Part shown: in pieces, positions 39,766-54,868 of the stretch
Layout of the letters: each line of letters starts with the position of its first letter
Numbering within the stretch: position 1 is the stretch's first letter
NCBI RefSeq assembly: GCF_006345805.1
Contig: NC_042997.1
Span: 88,288,001-88,352,000 of the forward strand
Source: Octopus sinensis
Lineage: Eukaryota
Length of the DNA stretch: 64,000 nucleotides
Reading direction: 5' to 3'
Position numbers and translations under genes: made by a program
Notes under the pieces: generated by a model
Told to the model about the DNA's origin: nothing
Databases searched by the model: none
The model's input: the letters and a program-made list of their open reading frames with translations, nothing else

Positions 39766-42700
39766 GGTTTACTGGACTTCCTGATCTGGAAACCCAGGTG
39801 CTAGGCTGCTTTATTTATTCCCTTACTATTTTAGGAATATCTCTCTTCCTTTTTTTTTTTTTCTACTTGCTGAGACTGAATCTGGAAGAAGAGGTTAGAG
39901 CCCATGGCCCTTGAAGGCCCTCCAACATGTTGAGCTTAATGTCATTAATGTTCTACTTCAACTGTTGTGTGTAAACACCTGCAGAAAAGATGCTAGCAAG
40001 GAGGAGATTCTAGTGGGCCATGTTCTGAAGAAGAAGGAATCAGCATAGTGGTTCATGCAAGGAAAGGGGGAATTGGATGTAGGAAGAGTGCAAGAGGCAG
40101 AGACTTAATTGGATCAGAGGTACCTGGGTGATAGAGTAGTAAAAGAAAAAGAAGCAGAGAGAAGAGACAGCTTGTGTATGGGCCAGAGGCTGGAGTGTGC
40201 CCTTTGTGATGGGATGCAAATCATCCAAGTGGCCTTTCTCTGGATGCAGTACAGGATACAAGCAGTGAGAAGTAGAGTAGTAACAGCACCATCCCTAGGT
40301 TTGGGTACAGTATTCCATTGTGGGCCTTACTTGAGCTTTGTAATATCATTAGTTGTAAGGGATTAAAATATCTTCTGACCCTAAAGAGAAGGACTAGTTT
40401 TTGGAATGCAGTCCTAACTATACTTGAGGACGTATTTCACCTTGAGAGATCCTCAGTGATAAGAAAGCCTAGCAGTTAGACTGACTGTCAGGGTTCTAGT
40501 TCAGTACAACTCATGTTTAAAGGGTGTGTGGTGTGGAGATGTTTTATTTATATGATTAGTACTTGAATGTGATGTAGAAAATTAGATTATCACCTATGCA
40601 ATATGACTGCATCACTTTCGTGTAACAGATAACTGAATATGAAATAGCTGAATTAAAAAACATTAGGTAAACATCACTAGCCCTGCATTGAATCCATGAT
40701 CAAGACTCTTATCTTTAAAAACTATTTTGTTGTAAGGAGAAATAACAAACCAATGTTGTCAGTGATGGTTTCTCCCTCCCACCAGATATTGTTTGTTTGT
40801 TTTTTAATTTCATATAGATATAATCTTTGAAATAACTCGTATATATTCAATATGATAATATGTCATGTGCATTTGTGTATATACATTTTCTCTCTAACTC
40901 ATGAATGAAATAAAATGCTAGAGTGGGAATGAAAAGAGAGAGAGAGTAAAACAGGTGGAGAATGATAGTTAGATGAAGTAAGAAGGATAATTGCATGAAT
41001 AAAAAGTGAGTGGTAAATAAAACAAGAAATTGAGGGGAAGAATAGAAAGTTAGGAAAGTGAAAGTGAGAACTAAATTCAAACAGGACAACAAAAATGAAG
41101 TCTATGACTGTGTAGCAAAAATTATGACATCATTGTTATCTTATTCTCTATCTTTTTGAAGTGTATATTATAAATGAAATAGTGGTGTAATCAGTTGAAA
41201 ATCTTTATGTTCTCATGAATTAGTTTATGTGGTCAGTTGATTCTTTTTATAGAGTAAGTCTTTAAAAGACGTTCTAATAATGAAGAGTACTGAGCAAAAA
41301 TTACACTGTGTAACACAATTTTTATCCTTGGATCGCAACTGTTATGTCGTCTTTTGCTTACCCATAGAAAGTATGAAAAATGGCTAATATTTCCTTCAAA
41401 CTTTGCTTTTGTTACATTTATTAAAACCCCAAAGAATCCTTCTCAGCACATGACCATGAAGCCCCCCCCCATTACTTTTGCTTATGATTAGAGATGCACA
41501 TATTGACAGCCACTAAGGGACATGCGCAAGTGGTTACAGTCAAGAAAATCTCTAATATTGAGCAGAATATTTGCTATAGTGATATTTCTGCTTCAGCAAT
41601 TCAACTCTGAATCTGTCTGAAGTATAATGGAAAATAGGTCAGTTTCAAAACATTGATGTCCAAGTCACAAAAGCAAAGTTTGAAGGGAATAGTAGTCATT
41701 TCCTTTGATTTCTAGATAGAAGCACATAGGAAATAATGCTTACTGACCAAAAACAAAAACAAAAACAAATAAATAAAAATTTTGTTATATAGTGTTATCA
41801 ATTCCAAGGTCATAATTTTTCATTGCATAAATTCACTTGCATGTGTATGTCTTGATTTTAGTTCCTTCCTCTTCCCATGGAACATCATGCAATGTAAGAT
41901 TTCCATCCAGCATAGTCCCAAACTTTGTCATGAGCTGGCTCCAGAGCAAACTCATGCATGCTAGTTCCTCTTCCACTGTTGTCAACTAGGTGTTGAAAGA
42001 TCTGTCTCATCTCTTATGTCCCTCTGTGAGGTACTCACTGGTCTCTTTGTGGGTATGTGTAGCACATGGCTGGGCATTTTCTGCTGTTTCATGTCAATGA
42101 TATTTCTTAGGTTACTCAGCTGACCCTTTCCATGATTTCACTCATCATGTATTCAATACCAAGAAATTCTTAGCTAGGTTTTAAGGCAACATCTGTCAAA
42201 AACATCTGCAGTTCTATAGATTTTACATGTCTTCCTCCATGTTTCACAGGCATAAGCCACTGTCAGTATGACAATAGATATATACAGGTGGAGTTTCGTA
42301 TAAATCTAACATACTACATTTGTGCCTAGCAACTCTACCATTTTGTGTTAGTGTTAGTCATGCATTGTGACTGTGTATGAGCAGTCCTATTTCTACAGTC
42401 TTCATAACGTTATTGCATTGTATAATATTTTAAGTGATGAAAAGCAATTTCCAACTTAAAAAGGGAAATAATACTGTCAATCAAGGAAGAATGGCTACAA
42501 AATCCTAAATTTGAGGATTGGTTTCAACAAGATAAAATTTATAATGAAGTTAGCTATTGTAAATATTGTAACATTATTCTGAAAAAGGCAAATAAATTCA
42601 TGCTAATGAAACACAAAATTTCTGTCAAACATAAAAAGTGCTTTGATGTGGCTAAATCTAGTGTTGACATTTCTCAATTTATGGTAGAGAAAGTCAGTGG

Positions 42701-45700
42701 AGAATGAACAAACAGCCAAAAGTAAACTGCTGATTGCTTGTTAATTTGTTGAATACAACATTCTTTCTGCAAATGTTTATCATCTTCTGATAGCATAGAG
42801 GGAAATTCTGAACAGTAAGATCACTGAAAAATTGTCAATGAAAACAATAAAACTTTCATATGTCATTCAGGATGGAATAGTCTTTCAAAACAAAATAGTG
42901 TTAAATGATATCTGTAAGACAGAAGTTTTCTATAATAATTGATGAAAGTACAGATATTTCAGTTACCCAAATTTTATCATATTCTTTGATCTGAATAACC
43001 ATAATGTCATAGATATAATGTTAAAAATGGAAAAGCTTTTGATATTTACATTGTTGTTTGTGTGGAAAAATATTCCTCAAGAAAATATTGGATTTGCAAG
43101 TAATAATTATTCTTCTGTAACAGGGACCAAAAATGGGTTCTGGAAATAATTGAAAGATGATGTCCCTTTTATTTTAATTGTAGTATGTATCTGTTATGTT
43201 CTTATTCTTCATGCAACATATTGCAATCATATTTAATCATTTATCATTTTGTAAATGATTTAACATCTTGCTTTTTTTCACAGTAGCAGAAAACAATGAG
43301 ACTTCACACTTAACCAAGAAGTTGTGACAACTTTTCACAAAATAACTAAACATATACAAAGGATGGCTTTTGTCTCTGTAGCAACTGCTTACTACAGAGA
43401 TTAAACAGTTACTACAGAGATAGAACAATTTCATGCTTTACCTTTTTATTTCCAAACTGAGTCAAATGTTGACAAAGTTCATAGTGCCAAGAGAACTTAT
43501 GAGGCATTAAGCCATCACAGAATGAAGCAAATGCTACTTTTCTTTCAGTATATGCTATAAAAGGTGAATTCACTAAATGTTGAATCCCAATCTGAGCATT
43601 CTTGGTGACATTGTCTCTATTTATGGATAGCATCAGAATACAAAAAGTTTTTGAGTTTCTTTATTGAAGATGAATTATGGTAAGACGTTAACTTATCAAA
43701 AATTGACCCAAGTAATGAAAATAATTACAAAAACATTAATGATGTTTACTTTGAAGAAAAGCAGCAACATATTTAATTTGTGAACTTTTTATTTATGAAA
43801 ACAGTATTAGAAAGTTTAAAACTGATTTTCTGAAATTGCTAGTGGAGCTTTATATTCAAAGAAAATGGTTTCTTTTCAGTGAAGGTAGAATTACTATTAA
43901 ATTAAAGGTATTATATCCAAAGGTAGTTTCTGATCCCAGTATAGCTTCTGCGTTTATTTGTTTAGTTGTATATTTGCTGTCCAGTAATACCAGAGTGTTG
44001 TTTGAATTATCTTGTTGATCAATGGAGAAGTTATTGTCTAGCAGTAGACAATTTACTTATCTCCACAGAAAATTAAAGACAAAAGATGGGCTTTATAATT
44101 CAAATATAATTTATTATCCAATTTTATGACCAATTTAACTATCTTGTCACATTTGTCAGTAGGTGCTGAAAAAATTCTCTTTCAAATGAATAGTGTTAAA
44201 ACAAGAAACACTAACTTTTTAAAAGTACAGACTATAAAAAAATAGATTATTTGCAAAGTTATCTATTACTAGAAATGCTATGGAATGCACTAAGTTGGGA
44301 CTTGGAAAAAAATCAATCAAGGCTTTGAAAGATGTTGTAAGCAAAACCTACTAGGAAAGAACAGACAAAAAATAATGATTCATTTAGTCTTCCAAAAAGA
44401 TATGGTGACAGTCAGGAATAATTATTATTTTCTATATATGAAACAAAATAAAATATTGCTATATTTCTATTTAAACACAATATTTTTATAATCTAGTGGG
44501 TTTTTTTCATTTGAGTTTGGTAATTTTTCTCAGCTTGACCTGGTAGTTTCCTGAAAATCTGGTTGGTAGCTCTGCAACAATGTAATACAATACACTATTA
44601 TAGGTAACAACAGAAACACTGTAAAAGTGATGCGTATTTCTTTGACTTACTGTGCTAAGTTCAGCTGATTGTATGACTGAAAATGTTGTTTGATCCTAGA
44701 AGTGTCATATGTGTAATATAGCAGTACTTTTTATGTGAAATCTTTAAATATGAGATTGAAAGAAAATTTAATTATCTTCATTAGAAAATGACTGTAAAAC
44801 AATCAGATATTTGTAAATATTTGATAATGACAAATAAACAATGATATGGAATTAAATCAATTATTTTGTCTGTGGGGTAAATAATGGTACCAAATAGAAT
44901 TAATTACACTGATCAAGACATTTACCACTAAGCAAGTCAATCTCATTACTAAATAACTTCACTCACTTCTTTTTGGTTCCATGCTGAATCACAGTTCCTA
45001 TTTATACATGCTACAACACACTACACACAAACTCACGGTACAACATCATTTTATCCTACAAATACACAGTACTAAAACCACTGTCCCACCAACATACTGT
45101 ACTACACCATCCTATTTTGTCAAAACACTATATTCCAATCTACAAACAAATTGTATGCAACAACATACTATCCCATCAGCACACTGCCACAACATGCTAC
45201 TTCACCAATTTGTTATGTACTGCAATGTATTATTCCATCAATATACTGTCAGTATCAGATTTAGATGAAGAGAAGCCCTGGGTCATTCCTCTAGTGAGGC
45301 CCCTTTCAATCCCCTACCCTCATCACTAGATGGTCAAAGATTACCTAGATTTTGAGGCCCAAGACTTCAGACTGCTAAGCCTATACATAAATCTGGCATA
45401 CTATATAACAACACACTATATTCTACAACTTACTACCTCACCAACACATCATATACTACAATCACTACTCCAGCACATCATGTATTATACACTATATCTA
45501 CTACTAGCTGTGTATCCCATCGTTGCTAAGCAATTTTCACAGCAGAGTGCCTTTATTATTTTTTCTGTTTCATGTCAGACCATGTCTTCTCCAACAGGTA
45601 GACCCCTTGATCAGGACTGATTTCTGCATTGTTTGGGGCAATTCATAATGTGTCAATAAACTAAGTTTTTGTTTTTCCATTTGGTGCATAGATGTTGTAG

Positions 45701-48700
45701 TGCGAATATATGTTTAGAAATGCTGCATGTATCTTAGAAGAATTCTTACAGAGAAGAATAAATTTGGGAACTATATATTTATTACATAAAATATATTTTA
45801 TTCACTGGTTGTCGATGAAACATAATCAAAATGTTGAAACTAATTGAATGAAATAATCTATGCAAGAAAGTTCAGAAATGTAAAAATAACAGCTAAATAG
45901 GGATTTTTAGTAATATAGCATAGAGAAATAGACAGACATAACAACAACATGAATGGCTCTAAGTCTAATCAACAAAGAAGCAAAGAGCAAGGCAAGCAAA
46001 CTGTTTTTATTAATGGAATGCTAGACAGTCTAGAAACTTCCAAGAGAAACGCGAAGCTTCTTGAATAATTAAGAATTACTTCTCATGAAATATAATCTTC
46101 CGAGAAACTTACTAAAGGGAGATTATAACACTTCTTGCAAGATAATAGCATTCAACTATTTTAGCTACAGATGACAAACTACTACAATGTAAAGATTTTT
46201 TTATGCTCACTGCTGATGCTTTGAAGTCTTTTAGCTCTCTTGCCCTAATGAAATTCATTACACATGCACACACACACACATACATACATACACACATTCA
46301 CACACTGTGAGTGATATACATGTACAGAGAGTAAGAGAGAGTGTAGCAAATATACATAAAGAGGAGGAAGTTTACAATGAGAAAAGCATAAATAAATGAG
46401 ATAGACAAATACAGAAAGAAATCTTTTTTGGTCGTTGTCACAGATTTTGAAATTTTAAAATTAAGTGAGAATTTTCAAATTTAGTATATCAAAGTACTTT
46501 TTCACCCTGAATCTGATTTTGTGATTCATTTATTCCAGAAAACTGTAAAGTACAATAGTGCTTTTCATTTTTGTTTTTAAACTTTATTATGCCAGGATAT
46601 CCTCATGACTATTTCAAGTTATCACATTATATGTTCAATCCCACCTTAGGTAAATGCCTTCTACTATAGTTTGAGGTCAGTCAACAACTTGTGAGTGAAA
46701 TTTTCTGGACAGAAACTATGGAAACTCATTGGAAAATCCATTCTTAGTTTTTGGTAGGTGACTTTTAGGCAGTGCTGAACAATTGTCCAGTTTAACACCA
46801 CAAGCTGGTTCAATAATGCCTTTAACTAAGTCCTGTCTATGCAAGCATTTAGGCCTGGTCTTTGGTCTGGAGATCACTGCTTCCCAGCTTTTGACTAAGC
46901 CATCAATTTTTTTTTTCTAACTGTAGTAAACAAAGAACTGCATCTCCTCTCCATGCAACAAAATTAAAGACACAACTACTCTGTAAACTTTGCACTTGAA
47001 ATAGATTGACACAGAAGCATTGCTCTAAAGATGCTAGCAATGTACTCCAAATGAATACCTTCACTTTGTTTATCTAAATAAATACATATACACACAAACA
47101 TCTCTAAAGTAAAGAGACATATGCACAGGCACAGCTGTGTGGTAAGAAACTTGTTTCCCAACCACATAGTTCCGGGTTCAGTCTCACTGTGTGGTACCTT
47201 GGGCAAGTATCTTCTATTATAACCTTGGACTAATCAAAGTGAGTGGATTTTGTAGGTGGAAACTGAAAGAAGCTTGTTATGTATATGTTTGTTTTTGTCA
47301 CCCACCACTGCTTGACAACCAGTGCTGGTGTGTTTACATCCTCATAATTTAGTGGTTCAGCAAAAGAGACAGAATAAATACTAGGCTTTAAAAAAATAAG
47401 TCCTGGGGTCAATTTGTCCAACTAAAAGCCTTCAAGGTAGTGCCCCAGCATGGCCACAATCAAATGATTGAAACAGGTAAAAGATAAAAGATTATCAATT
47501 TTGAAAGATTTATTTCAAGAAACAAAATAATGTCATTTCATGCATTTAAACACCTAATCTCATATTTAGTAAACTTGCCTTGTGCAGTTTTTTAATGATT
47601 TAACACATTTCGACATGATACTGATGTATAATGTCTGCACAGGTAAAACGGTAAAATGAGCAGTGTCTACTTCTGAGATGTATGTGTGTGTGGAAGGGTG
47701 GGGTGCACACATTTGCGAATGAATATGATTGTGTATTTGTGTATGTTTAGATGCAGAATATCAAAATGAGTAAGATTTTGAGCCACTTGTTTGCAGGGTT
47801 TAAGTTCAAATTGCTGCAATTGTTTTGTTATTTTTTCTGGGAAGATCGTCTCACCTTACTTAGCTACTAAGAATTGACACAAAATCATCTGCAAACATTG
47901 CTGGTAATAGATTTATCTTCAGTTTACTTTGTATCTTGAACCACAACTGAGCATGAACCATGAAAAGCACCTTTAGGTTTTCACAGTTCATGTTCCATTT
48001 TAGATATATATATATATATATATATATATATTGATAATAAAAATCCAACTGGTTCCTAGTGTCATTCCCACTTGTCTTCCCCTAAAACCATTTGCCTCAT
48101 CTTCATTGAATTTGAATCTTTTATTGTATGAAGCAAGTGGTATGTTATATCTACTTCACTCCCTGCATATTATAGGTACATCAACATATACATTGTTTTT
48201 CTATAAAATCTATAAAAACTGTGTAATGAAAGGACTCCTATGTATTTACTTGATTATCTGACTTTTGCAGTGGTTAAGGATATTACTGCCTTCAGTTTAC
48301 AATAAATCACCTACTAATGATCTGACCATCACTAAGTAGTGCAAATACAAATACTATTAAGTTGAGGTTAATTGTCAGAAAAATTAGTTATATTAATAAC
48401 TACTCATTCCAAAATATTCATCCAAATGAACTCTTTGACATTTTTAGAATCAAGACTTTGTCTGCAATTTTAAATTTTAGGACAATATGGCTTCAATAAA
48501 AACAAAATGATTACAACTAGAAATGTTGATCAAATGCTTTATTTGATCAGCTAACTTCATTTCATAGATTTGCTCCTAAATCAGCTAACTTAGACTATCT
48601 GGCATCAGTAATAATAATACTGTCTTAATTTACATCAAGTGGACTGGATTTGTTAAATAGTCTTTACTGCATGTTTCAAAGAACACGTTCATTACCTTAC

Positions 48701-51151
48701 AACTTGCTCAAAATAATCTCAAACATCTCTTACATATTTCCATATGTCTTCCCCATCTGATCAGCATTCATTTTATGCTTCAGTGAATCTCCTAAATTAA
48801 CTCAACTTTCAACCTCCATTAATCAGTTATTGCCATTAGCTTAGTTATGTGGATGACATCTCAGAATAATTTAATTTTTCAGTAATTCTGTTATTCTGCT
48901 CCAATAGATATGTACATTTTTTTTATTTATGTTTACTTAGCAATTTAATCACTAAATACTTCAGTAAGTTATGGTGAGTCAGTTCTTTGTATGAAAAGTC
49001 ACAAAATTGAAATATGTCTGGAATTATCTGTTATATTTGCCTCAGATAAAACAGTATTAGTGATCAATTAATATTTTATGTTCACAGCAGACCTGATCTG
49101 AATTAGGCTTTCATTTTCTAAGCATTAAATATGCTTTCACTCTCTTAACTGTTAGCTTAGGCAGAGTCTAGCTGTCTGATAGCTAAATCTGACCTGTGCA
49201 TTTGAGTATGCATGAGTGTGTGCATGCACATGTGTGTGTATGTGTATGTAGTAATGTAATGTGTCTAGTACATAGTTCATACAACCCTCTTACTTACAGC
49301 TCACTGCAACTAGTTATCCCATATTGTAAAGCAGACAGTGTTGGACTCCCCTGCCAGTGCATGATTCTTCTTCATCAAGACTCCTGCTAGACTTCCCCTC
49401 TGTCACATACAGTAATTATGTATTTTGTGGTCCCAGACTTTTTTCACTGGGAATCCCAGAACCCCAATGGGCCTCACATTGTATTTCCAAAAGAATAAAT
49501 TTCCATCAGCCTCTTTCACCTGTGAAGAAATATAAGTCATTTTGGGTCACCCATATCATTAGATATAACTCCTGCACAACAGGAATAATGACTGTTAAAA
49601 ATGCACAACCCTATTCTCATTACAAAGCTTCTTTACACCTGTATCTTCACCAAATATGTGCATCATAGAACTTGGCTCTCTAACAAGTTGGACTATAATA
49701 GGGGTTTGAATGGGCTGGAAACTTCTTGTCTGAACTTTGTACATCAGAAGTTTAAGGTACTGGTTGTAGTAGCCAGGTTTCAGTAGGAGCTGCCTGCAGC
49801 AGACCTCTGCATGACTGAACAGCCTTGTCTTGGGACTGTTAGGGAAAGACCAAGGAGAGGTGACATAAAACCATCCACTCAGCTGTATTCTTAGGGAGAC
49901 ACCTGTTAAGCCACCTAGCAGCCATAAAAACAAAAGTAGTATACTATTTAAGATCATTGTGGAATTCAACAAGCCAGCAGAAGCATCAAACAGCTCATAG
50001 GTAATGAACTGAGGCACCAAAGTGTGGATATTACTTCAGTCAGTGAGTCCAGGTTGCTAGTTTCACTGAGTGCAGTGAGATTCCCTGCCAAGGTGGTATA
50101 ACATTCATCAATCTTTGTTAAGAGAGGTTCTCCTAATGAATGTGGACTATCCCTTTTTTTTCCTGAAAGGGCTACTCTGATGATGGACACTATCAATGTG
50201 CCATTGGCTTTACTGTCAAAAACTGTTAGCTGTGTAAAGTGCCAGAAACACCAATTAACATGAGTGATTAATGACCTACTAATCAGGGTACTTTAATGGA
50301 ATGTTTTCAGAAAGTCAGAAGGGTTGTGCATGAGGACATCTAGTATAAGTCATATGTAATGCAGAAGGGTTAGTTGGATACGACAAGAGATAATTGTTCA
50401 ATTCATACAAAGTACTTGCTAAACAAATTAAAACACCAAGAGGCTACAATGCTTAGGCTTTTCTCTGATGAGAAAAATTTCAATCAGGACCAAAATGTAA
50501 ACCAAAGGAATGACAGATGGTTATGCAGAGACCAACAATCATGCATACTAAGTTCCCAGTAACTGTGATGGTTCTGGGAATTATCAGCAACAAGGGAGAT
50601 GTTATACCTCCTCACTTTCTTTTCACAGGGCTTAAGAGTCAATGCTGATGTCTACACAGAGGAGTTGGAGAAAGTTGTGAAGCCCTTGATAGACAGTGTA
50701 TGGAACAGAAGACCATACATTTTCCAACAAGATCTACACAGTTTCATAAGTCTAAGACACCCCAAGCATGGCTGTGTGCCAATCACCATGATCATGTTCT
50801 CCCAGAGACATAGCCTCTTAACTCACCAGACCTCAATCTGCTGGACTATTACATATAGGTTATAGTCAAGAGAGAGATCAATCAACATCCCCATAAGACC
50901 ATACATTCTCTCAAGTCTGCTGTAACTAGCACTATGCCCAAATTTGAGAAAGATGATTTGATTTGGGCATATCAATGCTTCAGACCCCATACTGAGGCAG
51001 CCAGTGATGCTAACAGTGGATTCATTGAATAGATGTGATAAAAGGATTCTCAAGATATTTTGTACCAATTTGTTTTCAAATAGCTTTTCTTTGATGAGTT
51101 ATACATCTTTTCCTAAATTCATACAAATAATTCTCAAAAAACTAACACACC

Positions 51152-51188
<37 letters not shown>

Positions 51189-54100
51189 GAAACATGTTTT
51201 TATGGGTATATGTGTGTATATACATATGAATGAATGTGTGTACATTTAAAAGAAACTTGAAAACAGAAGCTAAGAGTCTATTACATTGTTTATATTAGTG
51301 ATTCAGGTATCTCAGACATAATATTTATTCACTCTTTCTTTTAATCTGTGAGAAAGCAAAAATAAACAGGAAGGATATTAAAACAGTGTGACAACATGAC
51401 TTAGACAACCAAGAAATTTTCTATAAGCTTAAGTCTGCTGGTGAATGTGACCTAGGCATTATAATAATCTGCACTAGACAAGCCACATTTTTAAAATCAT
51501 TAAAAAAGGCCAAATCTATCTTAGTGCTATTCAGCCTTTGTCAGCTGCTCACTAGCTAGCTATCTATTTGAAGCTATGATACTTTCACACTGCATCTCCA
51601 GTCTGGAACCCCTCCATCTTATCCAGAATATTGATCTACTGGAGGCTGTATGGAGATGTGCAACTACACAAATGCCCTCCATCAGTCACCATATCTTGAA
51701 CATCTTGCTTCTCTGGGCATTAACAGACTAAAACTTCAATGTCTTGCTAGGAGCCTGCAAGATTATCCATCTTTCCAGCAATTTTTTTTTTAATTCATTA
51801 TTTTTACCACTTGTAAGATGGTGAGCTTGTAGAATTGCTACCATTCTGGACAAAATTCTTAGCAGTATTTTGTCCATCTTTACATTCTGAGTTCGAAACT
51901 TTGCCTTTCATCTTTTCAAGGTCAATAAAATAAGTACCAGTTGAGCACTGGTATCCTCTTCCCCCAAAATTTCAGACATTGTGAATTTAGTAGAAAGGAT
52001 TATTTCTAACACTTGTGGACATGCTAATAAAATTCAAAAACACAAAAAGCACATTACAGCCCTGACTTTCAGAAATATTTTTTTCTGTTCAGCATTGTCA
52101 AACCATGAAGTGAATTCTCTGTGTTGGTTAGGATACTGTATCTTTCAAAAATTTAATCTCTCTTGAAATTCATTAATTATACTCCTGATGACCCTATACA
52201 CCCTTTCCTCTAGAGTTTTTTTACTGTTCACTTTTCTCTCTTGTGTTTTATCCAGAGTCCTATGCATGCACTTTTGACTTTCATTTACTTAACTTCTTGC
52301 TGCTTTCTTTCCCATCTTTTACTCTTTTTCAGTGAGTTCTAGTGCACCTGAGCACTGTTTACAATAAGCTTTTGTTCTCATGCCAAAATTTTGAGAATCA
52401 CCACTGAAATATTGAGGAAGTATATTTTGAAGAATTGTTTGCTTAGACTGAAAGTATTTCAGAGTTGGTGTTTGAATTGAATCTCTTAAGCTGTTCTAAG
52501 AATTAAGAAAGTTAAACATTCATTTCAAAATGTTCTTAGAATCAAAATTCTCTTACCATTTGCTCCTTCCTCTTGAATCATTCAATAAATTACAGAAATG
52601 AGATGGAAGGGAATTTTAATGTGAATCATAGAGGAATATTTTATCCTAAATAAGACTTTATTATAACTACACTCCTTTATTATATTCAAAGCTTCCTGTC
52701 ACTTTCAACTATAAATCTGACATTTCTACTGAAAATATTTTCAGATTTTTCCAGTTCTATTCCACAGTTCTAAAACCAATCTAATTCTACTTCTTAACAG
52801 AACTGATCAATTTATAATTCTTTTTTTTTTTATGCAAAATATTTTTCCCTGTTCCTCTAAAACTCTTCGTTTTCCTGTGAATACTTCCTTTAATGTTCAA
52901 ATGTTTCACTAGTTTCTTTTTTTTTTTTGTTATGTATGGATTTTTAAATGTCTATTTTTCAGTTTATTTTGTTTCATTCATTTTTGAATATTTAGATATT
53001 GTTCTCTTAATGCATTAGTATGTTTGTTTTACTTCTAACTGAAACATATATTTACTGTTCACCTATGAAAATCTCATTGAAATGTACTTATTTGTTTGAA
53101 ATGACAGGAACGTAAAACATTAACTATTTTAATTCCAGTAAAGCCTCCCAACCAGTAAGCTTGTATGGTTGCATAATAGCATTAAATGTTTTACTGCTAT
53201 GCCACCAATAAAATCTGTCTGAACTATGTAGTTAAATACCAGAAAGTCATAAATGTAATAATGTTGCACTAATTATATTTTAGCTCAGTCACAAATACAT
53301 CTTTTTTGTCTTTCATTTCCTTTAATTTTTTTTTCTTTCCAGTCTGATTTGGCCTCTTTGATACCACTTGACTTATTTTATTTGCTGCCCCATGTCAACT
53401 TTAACAGCTGGCTACGCCTGCCAAGAATGATGAAGGTAGAAGTCAATTCTTTATCATTTTTTTATCTCTCCATCTAATAATTTAAAGATGAGCCTTAACT
53501 GTACAAATTGATAGACTATAATCCAACCGATTGAGAAACTCTGCAGGGTAAAGCAGTTGTTTCTCTGTGCCCAGGACAAAGTCAACACTTGATGGCTCTC
53601 AAATTACTCTATTGTCCAGTGTGTACCATGAGAATGTATAGTTTATTGTTATATGCTGCAATATGAATAGGATAATGAGTAAGTAAATGAATGACATTTC
53701 ATTTAGTTTCAGAATGAAATACAAATCTTCCTATCTGGTGTCAGACCTGCAATAGGTTGGCACCTCCTTTCCAGAATTAATAATGTTTAGCAACCATTCA
53801 GAAATGTAATAAACTCCAGCACAGTGCTGCAGCATACTCCAGCAGTGCTGCAGCATCTGGTAAAAGACAATGAATAGAATGGAATAAAACAATTATATTT
53901 CAAAGAATATTTTAGCTTCAGGTATGGCTGTGTGGTTAAGAAGCTTGCATTGCAACCAGATGGTTTTGGATTCAGTACCACTTTGCAGCACATTGAGTAA
54001 ATGCCTTTTGCTATTGCCCTAGATCAACTAATGCTTTGCAAGTGAATTTGGTAGGTGGAAACTATGTAGAAACCTCTCATATGTTTATTCTTTTACTTGT

Positions 54101-54479
54101 TTCAGTCATTAGACTGTGGCCATGCTGGAGCATCACCATCAAGAATTTTAGTCAAATGAATCAACCCTAGTACTTTTTTAGCCTGGTGCTTAATTTATCA
54201 GTCTCTTTTGCTATACTGCTAAGTTACAGTGACATAAACTCACCAACACCAGTTGTCAAGTGGTGGAGGGGGACAATCACAGACAGAAGGACACACATAC
54301 ATATACATACATGTACACACAATGGGCTCTTTCAGTTTCTGTCTACCAAATCTACTCACATGGCTTTGATTGGCCTGAGGCTAGAGTAAAAGACACTTGC
54401 CCAAGATGCCATGCAGTGGGACTGAACACAGAACCATGTGGTTGGGAAGCAAACTTCTTACCAGACTACCATACCTATA

Positions 54480-54514
<35 letters not shown>

Positions 54515-54827
54515 CTGTAAATATATCTGTAAATATAATATGTGACAATTATTCAGTGGCCATGATAAAACTCCAAGTTTCAGATATCGGGGCAGAAACA
54601 CACACGGGCATCTCTTCAGTTATCAGGCCATCAAAAAAATGCTATGAAAATTACTGTTAAAACAAAGGGAAATTACTGTGTGATTCACCATAATTAAGAC
54701 AAAAGAGCTATTAGAATGACTGCTAAGTAAGGGGAGGGAGTAAAAATGGTCATAGTAATCGCATAGGCGCACATGTCCATACATACACATGCGCACCTGC
54801 ACACCCACGTATATATATATATATATT

Positions 54828-54868
<41 letters not shown>

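Noticed and set aside
45812-45845. TCGATGA-AACAT-loop-ATGTT-GAAAC hammerhead-like motif
   Set aside because: Good helix II, but the core is wrong (TCGA not CTGA) and no helix I or III can be formed.
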